47,822 bases of DNA from a virus, in IMG/VR virus record IMGVR_UViG_3300022745_000004, positions 1 to 47,822 of that record. One strand, written 5' to 3'. The position numbers were made by a program, and so were the translations under genes. The notes under the pieces were generated by a model. The model saw only the letters and a program-made list of their open reading frames with translations, searched no databases and was not told the origin of the DNA. This document shows, in pieces, positions 31,752-39,545 of this stretch (position 1 is the stretch's first letter; each line of letters opens with the position of its first letter).

Positions 31752-32761
31752 TCACCATCGGGTCGACGTTCTCAGGGATCGGTGGCATCGAGCTCGCACT
31801 CGAGCGCGTCCTTGGGGCGTCGACCCGTTGGCAGGTCGAGATCGATCCCTTCTGCAGGCGAGTCCTCGAGAGGCATTGGCCCCATGCACGACGACACGAC
31901 GACATCCGCACCGCCGTCGACGCCGCCCTCGAGCCCGTCGACGTCATCTGCGGTGGCTTCCCCTGCCAGGACATCAGTGTCGCCGGGCGCGGGCTCGGCC
32001 TCGACGGGGAGCGAAGCGGGCTCTTCTACGACCTCATGGCGCTCGTTCGCCACCTTCGACCCCGCATCCTCCTGCTGGAGAATGTCGCAGCGCTCCTTGC
32101 TCGGGGACTCGGAGGCGTTCTCGTCGAGCTGGCCTCGTGCGGGTATGACGCGGAGTGGGACTGCGTACCAGCTGCCGCCGTCGGCGCCCCTCACCAGAGG
32201 GATCGCATCTGGATTGTTGCCCACACCCGCAGCGACGGAGGCGGGGTCCAACCAGAACGGCAGCAACAGCGACCGCCCAAGCGCGGGCACGCCGACGCTG
32301 TACACGCTCGCGAGACAGGGGCGCCTTCCGACTCCGACGTCAAGGCTGGGCGACCCGAAGCGCGGGATGCCGGCGACGGCGCGCTGGGCGAGCGGGCGCC
32401 GGAACCTCGACGACGCGATGATGCTCCCGACGCCGACGGCGAACCGATCGACGTGGCACAACTCGCACGGGAAAGAAGTCCCGACGCTGCATGCAGAAGC
32501 CGGCGCGCTCCCCACGCCGCACGCGCGCGATTGGAAGGGGGATGGCAAGGACTGCCTGCCCTCTGCGCTCGATGTTGGGGGGAGCCTCCATCCGCGATTC
32601 GTCGAATGGATGATGGGGTTCCCGCCGGGGTGGACCGACCTCGACGACGACGACCGGTGAACGACAAGCCGAGGCTGACGGCACTCGGCAACGCAGTGTG
32701 TGTCGACGCGGCGATGGTGCCCGCGATGCGCATCAAAGAGATCTTGGAGGGGCGACGATGA
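31748..32761 (+). CDS. DNA (cytosine-5)-methyltransferase whose conserved motifs are split over two reading frames (frame of 31748, then frame of 31782, then back)
   Basis: In the frame of 31748: FSGIGG (motif I), GFPCQDIS (IV), ENV (VI), QRDRIWIVA (VIII). The same frame near the end gives LTALGNAV (X). In the frame of 31782, from ~32211 to 32660: LLPTPAATEAGSNQNGS, RLPTPTS, MLPTPTANRS, ALPTPHARDWKGDGKD and FVEWMMGFPPGWT. Third-position G/C favours that frame for the middle segment. Confidence 0.8.
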   Translation: MITIGSTFSGIGGIELALERVLGASTRWQVEIDPFCRRVLERHWPHARRHDDIRTAVDAALEPVDVICGGFPCQDISVAGRGLGLDGERSGLFYDLMALVRHLRPRILLLENVAALLARGLGGVLVELASCGYDAEWDCVPAAAVGAPHQRDRIWIVAHTRSDGGGVQPERQQQRPPKRGHADAVHARETGAPSDSDVKAGRPEARDAGDGALGERAPEPRRRDDAPDADGEPIDVAQLARERSPDAACRSRRAPHAARARLEGGWQGLPALCARCWGEPPSAIRRMDDGVPAGVDRPRRRRPVNDKPRLTALGNAVCVDAAMVPAMRIKEILEGRR

Positions 32762-33255
32762 AGATCAGCGAGAAGGACATGAAGGACTGGCGCACCGGGC
32801 TTCACGCAGCGAACCCGGAGCAGGCGAAGGATCTCGTCGACATGCTGGACAAGGCGCGTCGGCAGCTCGAGCGCCTCTTCGGGGCCCTCGATGACGCCGA
32901 CCCGGTGTGCGAGTGCGGCCCCAGCGGCGTGATGGTGCTCCTCGAGACGACGCGTGACACACTGAGCCAGGTGACTCCCCGTGGCTTCGTGGTCCTCGGC
33001 GAGAACGTCTCGCTGCTGTGGCCCGTCCTCGCGTTCGCGTCCATGCTCCTCGTGGGGCTCGCCACGGTGCAGGAGGAGCGCGAGGCCGGGCGCGCGATGA
33101 AGCAGTGCCGCTCCGACCTCGTTGATGCCGCCAACCTCGCCGAGCACGCTCTCGACGCGCAGGCGCAGTGCGCGGGCGTGCTGATGAGTTGCGTCGAGGT
33201 CGTCGCCCAGTCGCAGGCCTGCACATGCTGGATCGATTCAGGGAGCGCCGAATGA
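32758..33255 (+). CDS. Hypothetical protein with one predicted transmembrane segment (165 aa)
   Basis: ATG at 32758 with an ATGA overlap. Hydrophobic stretch VSLLWPVLAFASMLLVGLATV. Confidence 0.6.
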   Translation: MKISEKDMKDWRTGLHAANPEQAKDLVDMLDKARRQLERLFGALDDADPVCECGPSGVMVLLETTRDTLSQVTPRGFVVLGENVSLLWPVLAFASMLLVGLATVQEEREAGRAMKQCRSDLVDAANLAEHALDAQAQCAGVLMSCVEVVAQSQACTCWIDSGSAE

Positions 33256-33530
33256 AGATCGGAATCGCCATCGACACCTGGAAGCTCACCATCTTCGAGG
33301 ACGCCCTGAAGGCCGCAGGATTCACCTGGGAGCGAAAGCCCGGCGTCACCGAGGACACCCTGCTGCTGACGGTCGAGGCCCCGAGCGCGGACCCGCTCTT
33401 CGCGCTCGTGAAGAAGGCGAACGCCGAGGCCGCCGTCGTCAAGGAGCAACTCCAGCGGATGATGGACAGCATGCGCAGGAAGCCTGACGACGGCTCGAAG
33501 ACCGACATCGACGACGACATGGTGAACTGA
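33252..33530 (+). CDS. Hypothetical protein (92 aa)
   Basis: ATG at 33252 with an ATGA overlap: MKIGIAIDTWKLTIFEDALKAAGFTWERKPGVTEDTLLLTVEAP... Confidence 0.6.
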   Translation: MKIGIAIDTWKLTIFEDALKAAGFTWERKPGVTEDTLLLTVEAPSADPLFALVKKANAEAAVVKEQLQRMMDSMRRKPDDGSKTDIDDDMVN

Positions 33531-34084
33531 TGGGGGACGCAGTCGACGCCAAGCTCGACCTCGCTCTTCCTGCGCGCGGCGACGGCAACCAGCGGTGGGC
33601 CACGCCCTGGCACATCGTCGAGGCTGCGCTGCCGCGCGGTGTCGGCAAGTTCGACCTCGACGCGTGCGCCGAGCGTTCGTCGGCGAAAGCCGACCGCTGG
33701 TACTCGCTGCTCGAGCGCGGCGAGGACGGGCTCGCGCTGCCGTGGGCCACACGCACCTGGTGCAACCCTCCGTACGAGGAACAGGCGCGCTGGCTCGCAC
33801 GCGGCGCGTACCTCGCCGAGACCGAGGGCGTGCTCTCGTGCCACCTCGTGATGGCGTCGACGTCGTCACAGTACTGGCGGCCGATGACATTCGAGCGGGG
33901 CACAGTGGACTTCTACGAGGGGCGCATCGCGTTCCTCGACGACCGCGGGCGCCCCGTGAAGGGCACCTCGTTCGCGTCGGCCCTCGTGACCTTCGGCCCC
34001 GGCGTGAAGGCGGGGCGCGTGCGATCACGCGACGCCACGACGGGAAAGCTGATCGGGCGCCAGCGCCAGTGGAGGCTGCTGTGA
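33530..34084 (+). CDS. dam: Phage Dam-family DNA N6-adenine methyltransferase
   Basis: WATPWHIVEAA...FDLDACA...ADRWYS...GLALPW...TWCNPPYEE. This has the WxTP and NPPY catalytic motifs in the order typical of the small phage Dam family. Confidence 0.8.
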   Translation: MGDAVDAKLDLALPARGDGNQRWATPWHIVEAALPRGVGKFDLDACAERSSAKADRWYSLLERGEDGLALPWATRTWCNPPYEEQARWLARGAYLAETEGVLSCHLVMASTSSQYWRPMTFERGTVDFYEGRIAFLDDRGRPVKGTSFASALVTFGPGVKAGRVRSRDATTGKLIGRQRQWRLL

Positions 34085-34293
34085 AGTGCCCTCTGTGCGG
34101 CATGGCCCTCGAGGTTGGGTACGGGCTCGCCGGCGGTGGCTTCGGTGCGTACTGGAGTTGTCGACGACAGAAGCCGAAGCCGTGCCCCTTCTTTCACAAG
34201 GACCGCGAGTGCCCGCACTGCGAGTGCATCCTCTCCTTCGACGGAACGTGCGTGAACCCGAAGTGCCCAGGAGACCAGCGTGTTGAAGGATAG
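34081..34293 (+). CDS. Zinc-ribbon protein (70 aa)
   Basis: GTG at 34081 with a GTGA overlap: VKCPLCGMALEVGYG...WSCRRQKPKPCPFFHKDRECPHCECILSFDGTCVNPKCPG. Confidence 0.55.
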   Translation: MKCPLCGMALEVGYGLAGGGFGAYWSCRRQKPKPCPFFHKDRECPHCECILSFDGTCVNPKCPGDQRVEG

Positions 34294-35329
34294 AAGGCGC
34301 CGCCCCGTCGTCACGCACCGCATCGCCTGCGGTCGCCCCGGATCGAACCGTCCCGAGAAGCTCGACTACCTCGAGATCACGACCTTCGAGCGTGCGAGCG
34401 CGCAGTCGGCGTACAACGTCGACAAGGCCGCGATGGACCGCCTGCGCTCGCCCGAGTTCGGGGAGCGCTACGGGGCGCCCGCCGACCCGGAGAAGCCAGT
34501 GAAGCCGCGGCGCATCCCGATCCGCGTCGACAGCGACGAGATCTCCGACTTCCTCACGCAGAGGTACGAGAGCACGGCGATGCTCCCGATCCTCGTCGAC
34601 GGCGCGCCGCTCACCGACAGCAACGGCAAGGTCGCGAAGCGCCCGACGGTGTGGTGCCACGGCGACGGCGAGATGGCGCAGCGCCTCGGCCGCGACATGA
34701 AGGTGTTCAACCAGATCCGCTGCTGCTCCTCGCCCGAGTACCCCGCGCGCACGCAGCGCGAGCTCGCGGAGGCGATCGAAGCCGGGGCGTCGAAGCACGA
34801 CCCGAACGACGGCAAGCGCTGCCCGTTCGCGCAGAACACCGACCCGATGCTCGGCGCCTGCTGCAAGCCGGTGACGACGCTGATCTGCCGCAGCGACGTG
34901 GTGGCGAACATGGGCGCGTTCTGCCGCTACCGCTCGCATGCGCACTCGAGCGCGGACTACGTCGTCGAGAGCCTCATGGAGATCAAGCGGCAGATGCCCG
35001 GCGGCATCCTGCGCAATGTCCCGCTCGACCTGGTGCTCGAGATGAAGCAGATCTCTCGGCCCGGCGGCAGGACCGCGCTGCAGCCCGTCTGCCACATCGA
35101 GCTGCGCCTCAACCCCGAGGACACCGTGCGCCTCATCGAGGCCAACCTGCAGCAGCAGATGCGCTCGCTCGGGGCCGTGGAGGAGAGCCGCCGCCTTCTC
35201 GCCGCGGCCCGCGTGGACGTGATCGATGAGCCCGACGACGGCGAGTTCGGTCGCCCGCAGCACCCCCTCGAGCGCGAGCAGGCCCCGGGCGGCGCCTTCG
35301 AGATCCTGCCGCCGAGTGCGAAGCCGTGA
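34280..35329 (+). CDS. Cys-containing replication/recombination-associated protein, tentatively phiC31 gp3-like (recombination-directionality-factor-like family)
   Basis: 349 aa. The pattern WCHGDGEMAQR ... C ... CPFAQ ... CKPVTTLICRSDVVANMGAFCRYRSHAHSSADYVVESLMEIK ... PLDLVLEMKQ resembles my memory of that family (CDG, paired Cys, beta-rich strand ending). No alignment was run. Confidence 0.35.
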   Translation: MLKDRRRRPVVTHRIACGRPGSNRPEKLDYLEITTFERASAQSAYNVDKAAMDRLRSPEFGERYGAPADPEKPVKPRRIPIRVDSDEISDFLTQRYESTAMLPILVDGAPLTDSNGKVAKRPTVWCHGDGEMAQRLGRDMKVFNQIRCCSSPEYPARTQRELAEAIEAGASKHDPNDGKRCPFAQNTDPMLGACCKPVTTLICRSDVVANMGAFCRYRSHAHSSADYVVESLMEIKRQMPGGILRNVPLDLVLEMKQISRPGGRTALQPVCHIELRLNPEDTVRLIEANLQQQMRSLGAVEESRRLLAAARVDVIDEPDDGEFGRPQHPLEREQAPGGAFEILPPSAKP

Positions 35330-35514
35330 GCGTGCCGTCATCGAGCCAGGTGGTGTTCGTCGTTGAGATCCGGCGCGGTGGCGACCAGTGGCACCGCGTC
35401 GCCATCTGCGCCACCCACGCCAGCGCGTGCGATCGTGCCAGTTGGTTTCTGGCGCTGTATGGGCTCCCGAACGACGGGAAGTGGCATAGCATCGACCCGG
35501 TGGTGCTCGAGTGA
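35326..35514 (+). CDS. Hypothetical small protein (62 aa)
   Basis: GTG at 35326 with a GTGA overlap. Confidence 0.5.
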   Translation: MSVPSSSQVVFVVEIRRGGDQWHRVAICATHASACDRASWFLALYGLPNDGKWHSIDPVVLE

Positions 35515-36026
35515 GTACGCCGTGGACGAAGACGACGCGGGCCGATGGACGCGTGCGCCTGATCGCTGACCGGCACTACAACCGGCAGTCGATCGGGAGC
35601 GCCCAGTTCGTCCCACCCGGCCGATGCCTTGTCCTCAGTGCTCCGCGCGCGTTCTGGGTGACGTCGTGGCCCTTCCCCCAGTTCGTGAAGCACGCATGGC
35701 CCGGTGCATGGATGTGCAGCGCGTTCAGACGGGAGCGACGACGAGGGCACCAGGCCTCGACGATGATCCGCTACGCGATCGCGCATACGCGGTTCTACAT
35801 GGGGGACCCGCCCGAGATGGGGATGGTGACTTTCGTCGACGCCGACAAGGTGAAGGCGAAGTCCAACCCCGGCGCGTGCTTCCTTGCAGCCGGATTCCGC
35901 CTCGTCGGCGAGACGAAGGCTGGCCTCCTGGCGTTCCAGATGCTGCCTGACGACATGCCCCCCCCCGAGCCCGCCGCGGGGGACCTCTTCGCAACCATTC
36001 TCCAACCGACAGATCTGGGTAGGTGA
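35511..36026 (+). CDS. Conserved-looking protein with RHY motif and C-terminal GxCFxAAGF...G.TK.G; possible GNAT/Mom-like acyltransferase fold
   Basis: 171 aa: LIADRHYNRQSIGSAQFVPPGRCLVL...WMCSAFRRE...ASTMIRYAI...MVTFVDADKVKAKSNPGACFLAAGFRLVGETKAGL. The block order resembles GNAT-like phage proteins. The fold assignment is from memory only. Confidence 0.3.
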   Translation: MSTPWTKTTRADGRVRLIADRHYNRQSIGSAQFVPPGRCLVLSAPRAFWVTSWPFPQFVKHAWPGAWMCSAFRRERRRGHQASTMIRYAIAHTRFYMGDPPEMGMVTFVDADKVKAKSNPGACFLAAGFRLVGETKAGLLAFQMLPDDMPPPEPAAGDLFATILQPTDLGR

Positions 36027-36029
36027 TCC

Positions 36030-37298
36030 ATGGGCCGCGTGTACTCCGACTCCACCCTCGACGCGTTCGCCGCCTGCCAGGCGAAGGGCCTCGACACCCT
36101 CAAGCCACGGCACTCGAAGGAAGGCGCGTCCCGTCAGGGGCAGGCGTGGCACAAGTGGAGCGAGCTCTACGTGCGCCACCTTCGGGTGACGCGCCAGGTG
36201 AGCGACCTCGAGGAGGGTCGGCGCATCTGGAACTCGGTGTCGGCGCGCCTCACCCCTGATGACGAGGACGGGATTGCGGCCGTGGTCGCCGAGCACCTCG
36301 ACCACAGCTTTGCCTGGTACCTGAACGGCACCGAGCAGGCCGAGGAGGAGAGCATCTTCGTCACCCTCGATCGGCAGCGCGTCCCGCCCGAGCGCGTGCA
36401 TGAGCTCACGGCGCCGGTGTTCCGGTTCACCGCGGATCTCCGGTGGCGAGGCGACGGCCCGCACCCCATCAGCTTCACGCAACTCGGTGGCGACGGTGTC
36501 GCGCACATCCTCGACTGGAAGACGCACCACCACGTCGAGCACGTCACGTCGCCGTCGAACAACCGCCAGCTTCGCCGCTACGCCGCCGCCCTCTACCCGA
36601 ACGACGACGCCGTCGTCGCGTGGCTCGCGTACCCTCGACGCGGCTACTTCGAGCACGCGGTCTTCTCGAAGTCCGATCTTGACGAGGCGTGGCAGACCCA
36701 CGTCGTCACGCCGATCAAGATGCTCGAGGCCCGCCTCGATGAGGCCGCAGCGCCGGGGGCGATTGCTCGAGTGCCCGAGCGCGTCGTTGGCGCCCACTGC
36801 CGGCACTGCGACCTGTTCAACGGTTGCGACGCCGCCCAGCGCTACCCGTACGAGATCCTGGCGCTCGAGCAGATGACGCCCGAGGAGAAGCTCGTGGCGA
36901 AGAAGCTCGCCGAGCGCATCGTCGAGGCCCTCGAGGAGAGCCTGCGCGGTGACCTAGCCGACCGCGGGGAGATCACCGACGGCGCGAGCGTGATGAAGTA
37001 CATCGAGAAGCGCGCCGTGAGCTACGACGCCGCCCGCGTCGTCGAGGTGCTCATCGAGCACATGACCGAGTCGCAGGTGCGGCGCGCGTTCGCGGTGACG
37101 AAGACCTCGATCGACAATGCGATGAAGGAGGCGGCCATCCCGGCGAAGACCCGGAAGGCGCTGCTCGAGGCCTGCGCCGCCGGCGCGCCCATCAAGATCT
37201 CGACGAGCCTGCACACGTCGAAGGTGAAGGAGGAGCGCGATGAAGGAGCCCTACGTCGTGGGAGTGGACCCGCCGAGAGCGTGGACAGCCTGGAGTAG
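36030..37298 (+). CDS. PD-(D/E)XK nuclease, Cas4/RecB-like with 4-Cys cluster
   Basis: HILDWKT (D-x-K core), an N-terminal Cys (FAACQAKG), and a C-terminal CRHCDLFNGC (C-x2-C-x5-C) as in Cas4/AddB-type Fe-S nucleases. Confidence 0.7.
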   Translation: MGRVYSDSTLDAFAACQAKGLDTLKPRHSKEGASRQGQAWHKWSELYVRHLRVTRQVSDLEEGRRIWNSVSARLTPDDEDGIAAVVAEHLDHSFAWYLNGTEQAEEESIFVTLDRQRVPPERVHELTAPVFRFTADLRWRGDGPHPISFTQLGGDGVAHILDWKTHHHVEHVTSPSNNRQLRRYAAALYPNDDAVVAWLAYPRRGYFEHAVFSKSDLDEAWQTHVVTPIKMLEARLDEAAAPGAIARVPERVVGAHCRHCDLFNGCDAAQRYPYEILALEQMTPEEKLVAKKLAERIVEALEESLRGDLADRGEITDGASVMKYIEKRAVSYDAARVVEVLIEHMTESQVRRAFAVTKTSIDNAMKEAAIPAKTRKALLEACAAGAPIKISTSLHTSKVKEERDEGALRRGSGPAESVDSLE

Positions 37299-37800
37299 CA
37301 AGGGCCCCCTGGCGTGGTGCCAGCACTCCGGGGACAGCCTCGGGGCGGCGCGGAAGGCCCTCGCCGAGCTCGACAACTTCATCACCCTCGCCGGCAAGCC
37401 GACCCACATCCGGGTGGAGCGGTGCTTCGGCACGCAGCGCGCCGAGGACGGGGCCCAGGGGACCGCCTCCATTCAGACGCAGCTCCTCTCGTCCGAGGTC
37501 GTCGGGTGGTGGCTCGCGCGCGCCGAGGACCGCGCGAGCTTCGCGGAGCGCGTCTACCCGGCCGAGTGGCGCGGGACGCTCGGGCTGCCGAGCGCAGACC
37601 GCGTGCGCCTCAAGCACCTGGCGGTCGCGCTGGCCGAGAAGGTGACCACCGAACTGGATCTGCAACCCATGATCGGACCACGCGGGGGAATCAAAGTTGA
37701 CGCCAGCGAGTCTATGTGTATATCTATGAGCGCATGGATATCGCACATCGGATGGTCCGGCGTGCTTCAAACGTGGCGCTCCACCGGGAGATTCAAATGA
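37240..37800 (+). CDS. RuvC-like Holliday-junction resolvase candidate
   Basis: AAGGAGGAG upstream of the ATG at 37240. Acidic residues are spaced VVGVDP ... SSEVVGWW ... KVDASESMCISMSAW, consistent with an RNaseH-fold resolvase. It overlaps the nuclease gene by 59 nt. Confidence 0.5.
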   Translation: MKEPYVVGVDPPRAWTAWSSKGPLAWCQHSGDSLGAARKALAELDNFITLAGKPTHIRVERCFGTQRAEDGAQGTASIQTQLLSSEVVGWWLARAEDRASFAERVYPAEWRGTLGLPSADRVRLKHLAVALAEKVTTELDLQPMIGPRGGIKVDASESMCISMSAWISHIGWSGVLQTWRSTGRFK

Positions 37801-38750
37801 GCAACTTCCCTGACGTAACTACGTGCTACAACTGGTGGTACAAGGAACGCTTCGATAAGCGCTCGTGGGGGCACGTCTACAGCAAGCGCTCCAACTACCC
37901 TCAGGATGTCGCGACGAGCTTCGAGATGCACATCCTCCCCGTGGTCGGGAAGGTCCCCATCGATCAGATCGAGGCGCACCATCTCGCCGCGATCGTGAAG
38001 AGCATGCAGTCGAAGTTCGGCGACCGCGCGCGCCGGAAGCCCCTGAGCGGCAAGACGATCATCGGTGTGGCCTCCACCTTCAAGATGTTCGTCGGGGAGA
38101 TCGCCGAGGTCGGCGCCCCGATGCCGGACGGGACGCATGCTCACCTGCCGCGGGTGCCCACGTTCCGCACGGTCACGCTCCCCCGTAGGTCGCCGCCGCC
38201 GACGGAGAGCGTGAGCCCGGCCGAGATGCCGTCGTTCCTCGCGGCCTGCACCATGAGCCCCCTCGGTGGCCCGATCGCGCTCATGGCGGTCCTCGGGCTG
38301 CGCCAGCAGGAAGCGGAGAGGCTGCGCTGGGAGCAACTCGTCCTCGACCCCGCCCGCTACGCGCCGGCGGCCGGCGTGCTGCGGTACCGCGCAGAGGACC
38401 GCAAGGAGAGACAGGACATCGAGGTCCCCTTCCCCCACGAGCTCCTGCGCTTCCTCCCGAAGCGCGGCGAGGACGAGATGATCTGGTCGGTGCCCGACGG
38501 CGCGATCGCGCGCGAGCTGGGGAAGATCCTCCAGGCCGCCGGCATCTTCCGCCACATCACGCCGCACCGCCTGCGGCACTCTGCCGCACGTCAGATGCAC
38601 GAGGTGGGCGTGTCCATCGAGGACATCCGGGCCGCCCTCGGCCACGCGAGCATCACCACCACGCAAGGGTACTTGCGGTCGGCCCACACCCTCGAGCGCA
38701 AGAGCCAGGTGGTGGCGGCCACGGCGGCCCGCGCGACGATGGGGCTGTGA
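37797..38750 (+). CDS. int: Tyrosine recombinase / phage integrase
   Basis: ATG at 37797 with an ATGA overlap. Box I LGLRQQEAERLRW, box II ITPHRLRHSAARQM, and the catalytic Tyr region LGHASITTTQGYL. Confidence 0.9.
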   Translation: MSNFPDVTTCYNWWYKERFDKRSWGHVYSKRSNYPQDVATSFEMHILPVVGKVPIDQIEAHHLAAIVKSMQSKFGDRARRKPLSGKTIIGVASTFKMFVGEIAEVGAPMPDGTHAHLPRVPTFRTVTLPRRSPPPTESVSPAEMPSFLAACTMSPLGGPIALMAVLGLRQQEAERLRWEQLVLDPARYAPAAGVLRYRAEDRKERQDIEVPFPHELLRFLPKRGEDEMIWSVPDGAIARELGKILQAAGIFRHITPHRLRHSAARQMHEVGVSIEDIRAALGHASITTTQGYLRSAHTLERKSQVVAATAARATMGL

Positions 38751-38752
38751 CC

Positions 38753-38944
38753 ATGGGCATCCACCAGGGCATCAACCTCGAGGACGCTCTCACGGTCGCC
38801 GCACTGTCCGGCTGCACGCTCGATCGCGACAGCGGCGAGATCGTCGTGCGCTTCCCCGGGCAGAAGACGGTGCGGTGCAACGCGCGCAAAAAAAGCGCCC
38901 CGAGGGCGCTTATCTGCCTGCTCCGAAGGATCGGTGCAGCGTGA
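38753..38944 (+). CDS. HicA-fold-like small protein lacking the catalytic His (63 aa)
   Basis: SGCTLDRDSGEIVVRFPGQKTVRCNARKKSAPRALICLLRRIGAA aligns by eye with E. coli HicA QGVDVANGSNHLKLRFHGRRSVMPRHPCDEIKEPLRKAILKQLGLS. The His of the GSxH motif is replaced by Glu. Third positions are G/C-rich. A GTG alternative start lies at 38747. Confidence 0.45.
   Translation: MGIHQGINLEDALTVAALSGCTLDRDSGEIVVRFPGQKTVRCNARKKSAPRALICLLRRIGAA
38888..38911 (-). terminator. Intrinsic (rho-independent) terminator of the minus-strand late arm
   Basis: The minus strand reads AAGCGCCC-TCG-GGGCGCTT followed by TTTTT, about 150 nt downstream of the last late-arm gene (stop at 39062). It is embedded in the HicA-like ORF. 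Confidence 0.7.
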
Positions 38945-39150
38945 CGGAGAACGACCCGCTCGGGGAAGTCCTGCTGGGGCTCGTGATGCTCGCGGTGTTC
39001 TCGTTCGCGCTAGCTCACGTCATCCATCAGAACGTCCTCGTGCTGCCGTTCCTGATCCCGCTTACGCGGAAGCGGTGGTGGCGGCAGCCTCGGGCTTCGC
39101 GGCGCGAGGGCGCTTCGGAGGCGGCGTCGTCGACAGGCGCACGACCTTGA
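38941..39150 (+). CDS. Small membrane protein candidate (69 aa)
   Basis: GTG at 38941 with a GTGA overlap: VTENDPLGEVLLGLVMLAVFSFALAHVIHQNVLVLPFLIPLTRKRWW... The tail overlaps the convergent gene 39062..39493 by 89 nt, so the C-terminus is doubtful. Confidence 0.35.
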   Translation: MTENDPLGEVLLGLVMLAVFSFALAHVIHQNVLVLPFLIPLTRKRWWRQPRASRREGASEAASSTGARP

Positions 39151-39493
39151 AGCCGTCCTCCTCCGCGAGCGGGGTGATCGAGTAGAGCGCGCGCTCGGCA
39201 CCCACCGCGAAGCGGATGAAGCACGGGCCCTTGTCGTTGTTGCGGTCGGCCACGATCGTGCGCTCGGAGTTGAGGTCGCGGACGCGGTGGAGCGCGAGCT
39301 TCGCGTACACGGCCTGCAGCTTGTCGCCATTGGCCTTCGACATCGACTTGATCGCCTGGCGCAGCACGTTGCGGGAGAGCTCACCCGCCTCGTACCACGC
39401 GATGATCTGATCCTCGCCCTTGTCGAGGAACGCCGCTGCGACCTCGAAGACCTTCTTGCCCTTGCGACGCCCTGCTGAATCCTTATCGGTCAT
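39062..39493 (-). CDS. Hypothetical protein, last gene of the late arm (143 aa)
   Basis: AGGAGG 6 nt upstream of the ATG at 39493. Lys-containing, non-shadow composition (MTDKDSAGRRKGKKVFEVAAAFLDKGEDQIIAWYEAGELSRNVLRQAIKSM...). Confidence 0.7.
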   Translation of the reverse strand: MTDKDSAGRRKGKKVFEVAAAFLDKGEDQIIAWYEAGELSRNVLRQAIKSMSKANGDKLQAVYAKLALHRVRDLNSERTIVADRNNDKGPCFIRFAVGAERALYSITPLAEEDGFKVVRLSTTPPPKRPRAAKPEAAATTASA

Positions 39494-39545
39494 TGTGACC
39501 CTCCTGGGGATTCATGGTGACGCCGCCGTGGGTCCTCCGCAAGTT

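Noticed and set aside
31782-32200. N-terminal 140 codons of ORF 31782..32660 as an independent gene.
   Set aside because: This part is Ser/Pro/Thr-rich shadow of the methyltransferase N-terminal domain. Only the portion after ~32211 carries conserved methyltransferase sequence.
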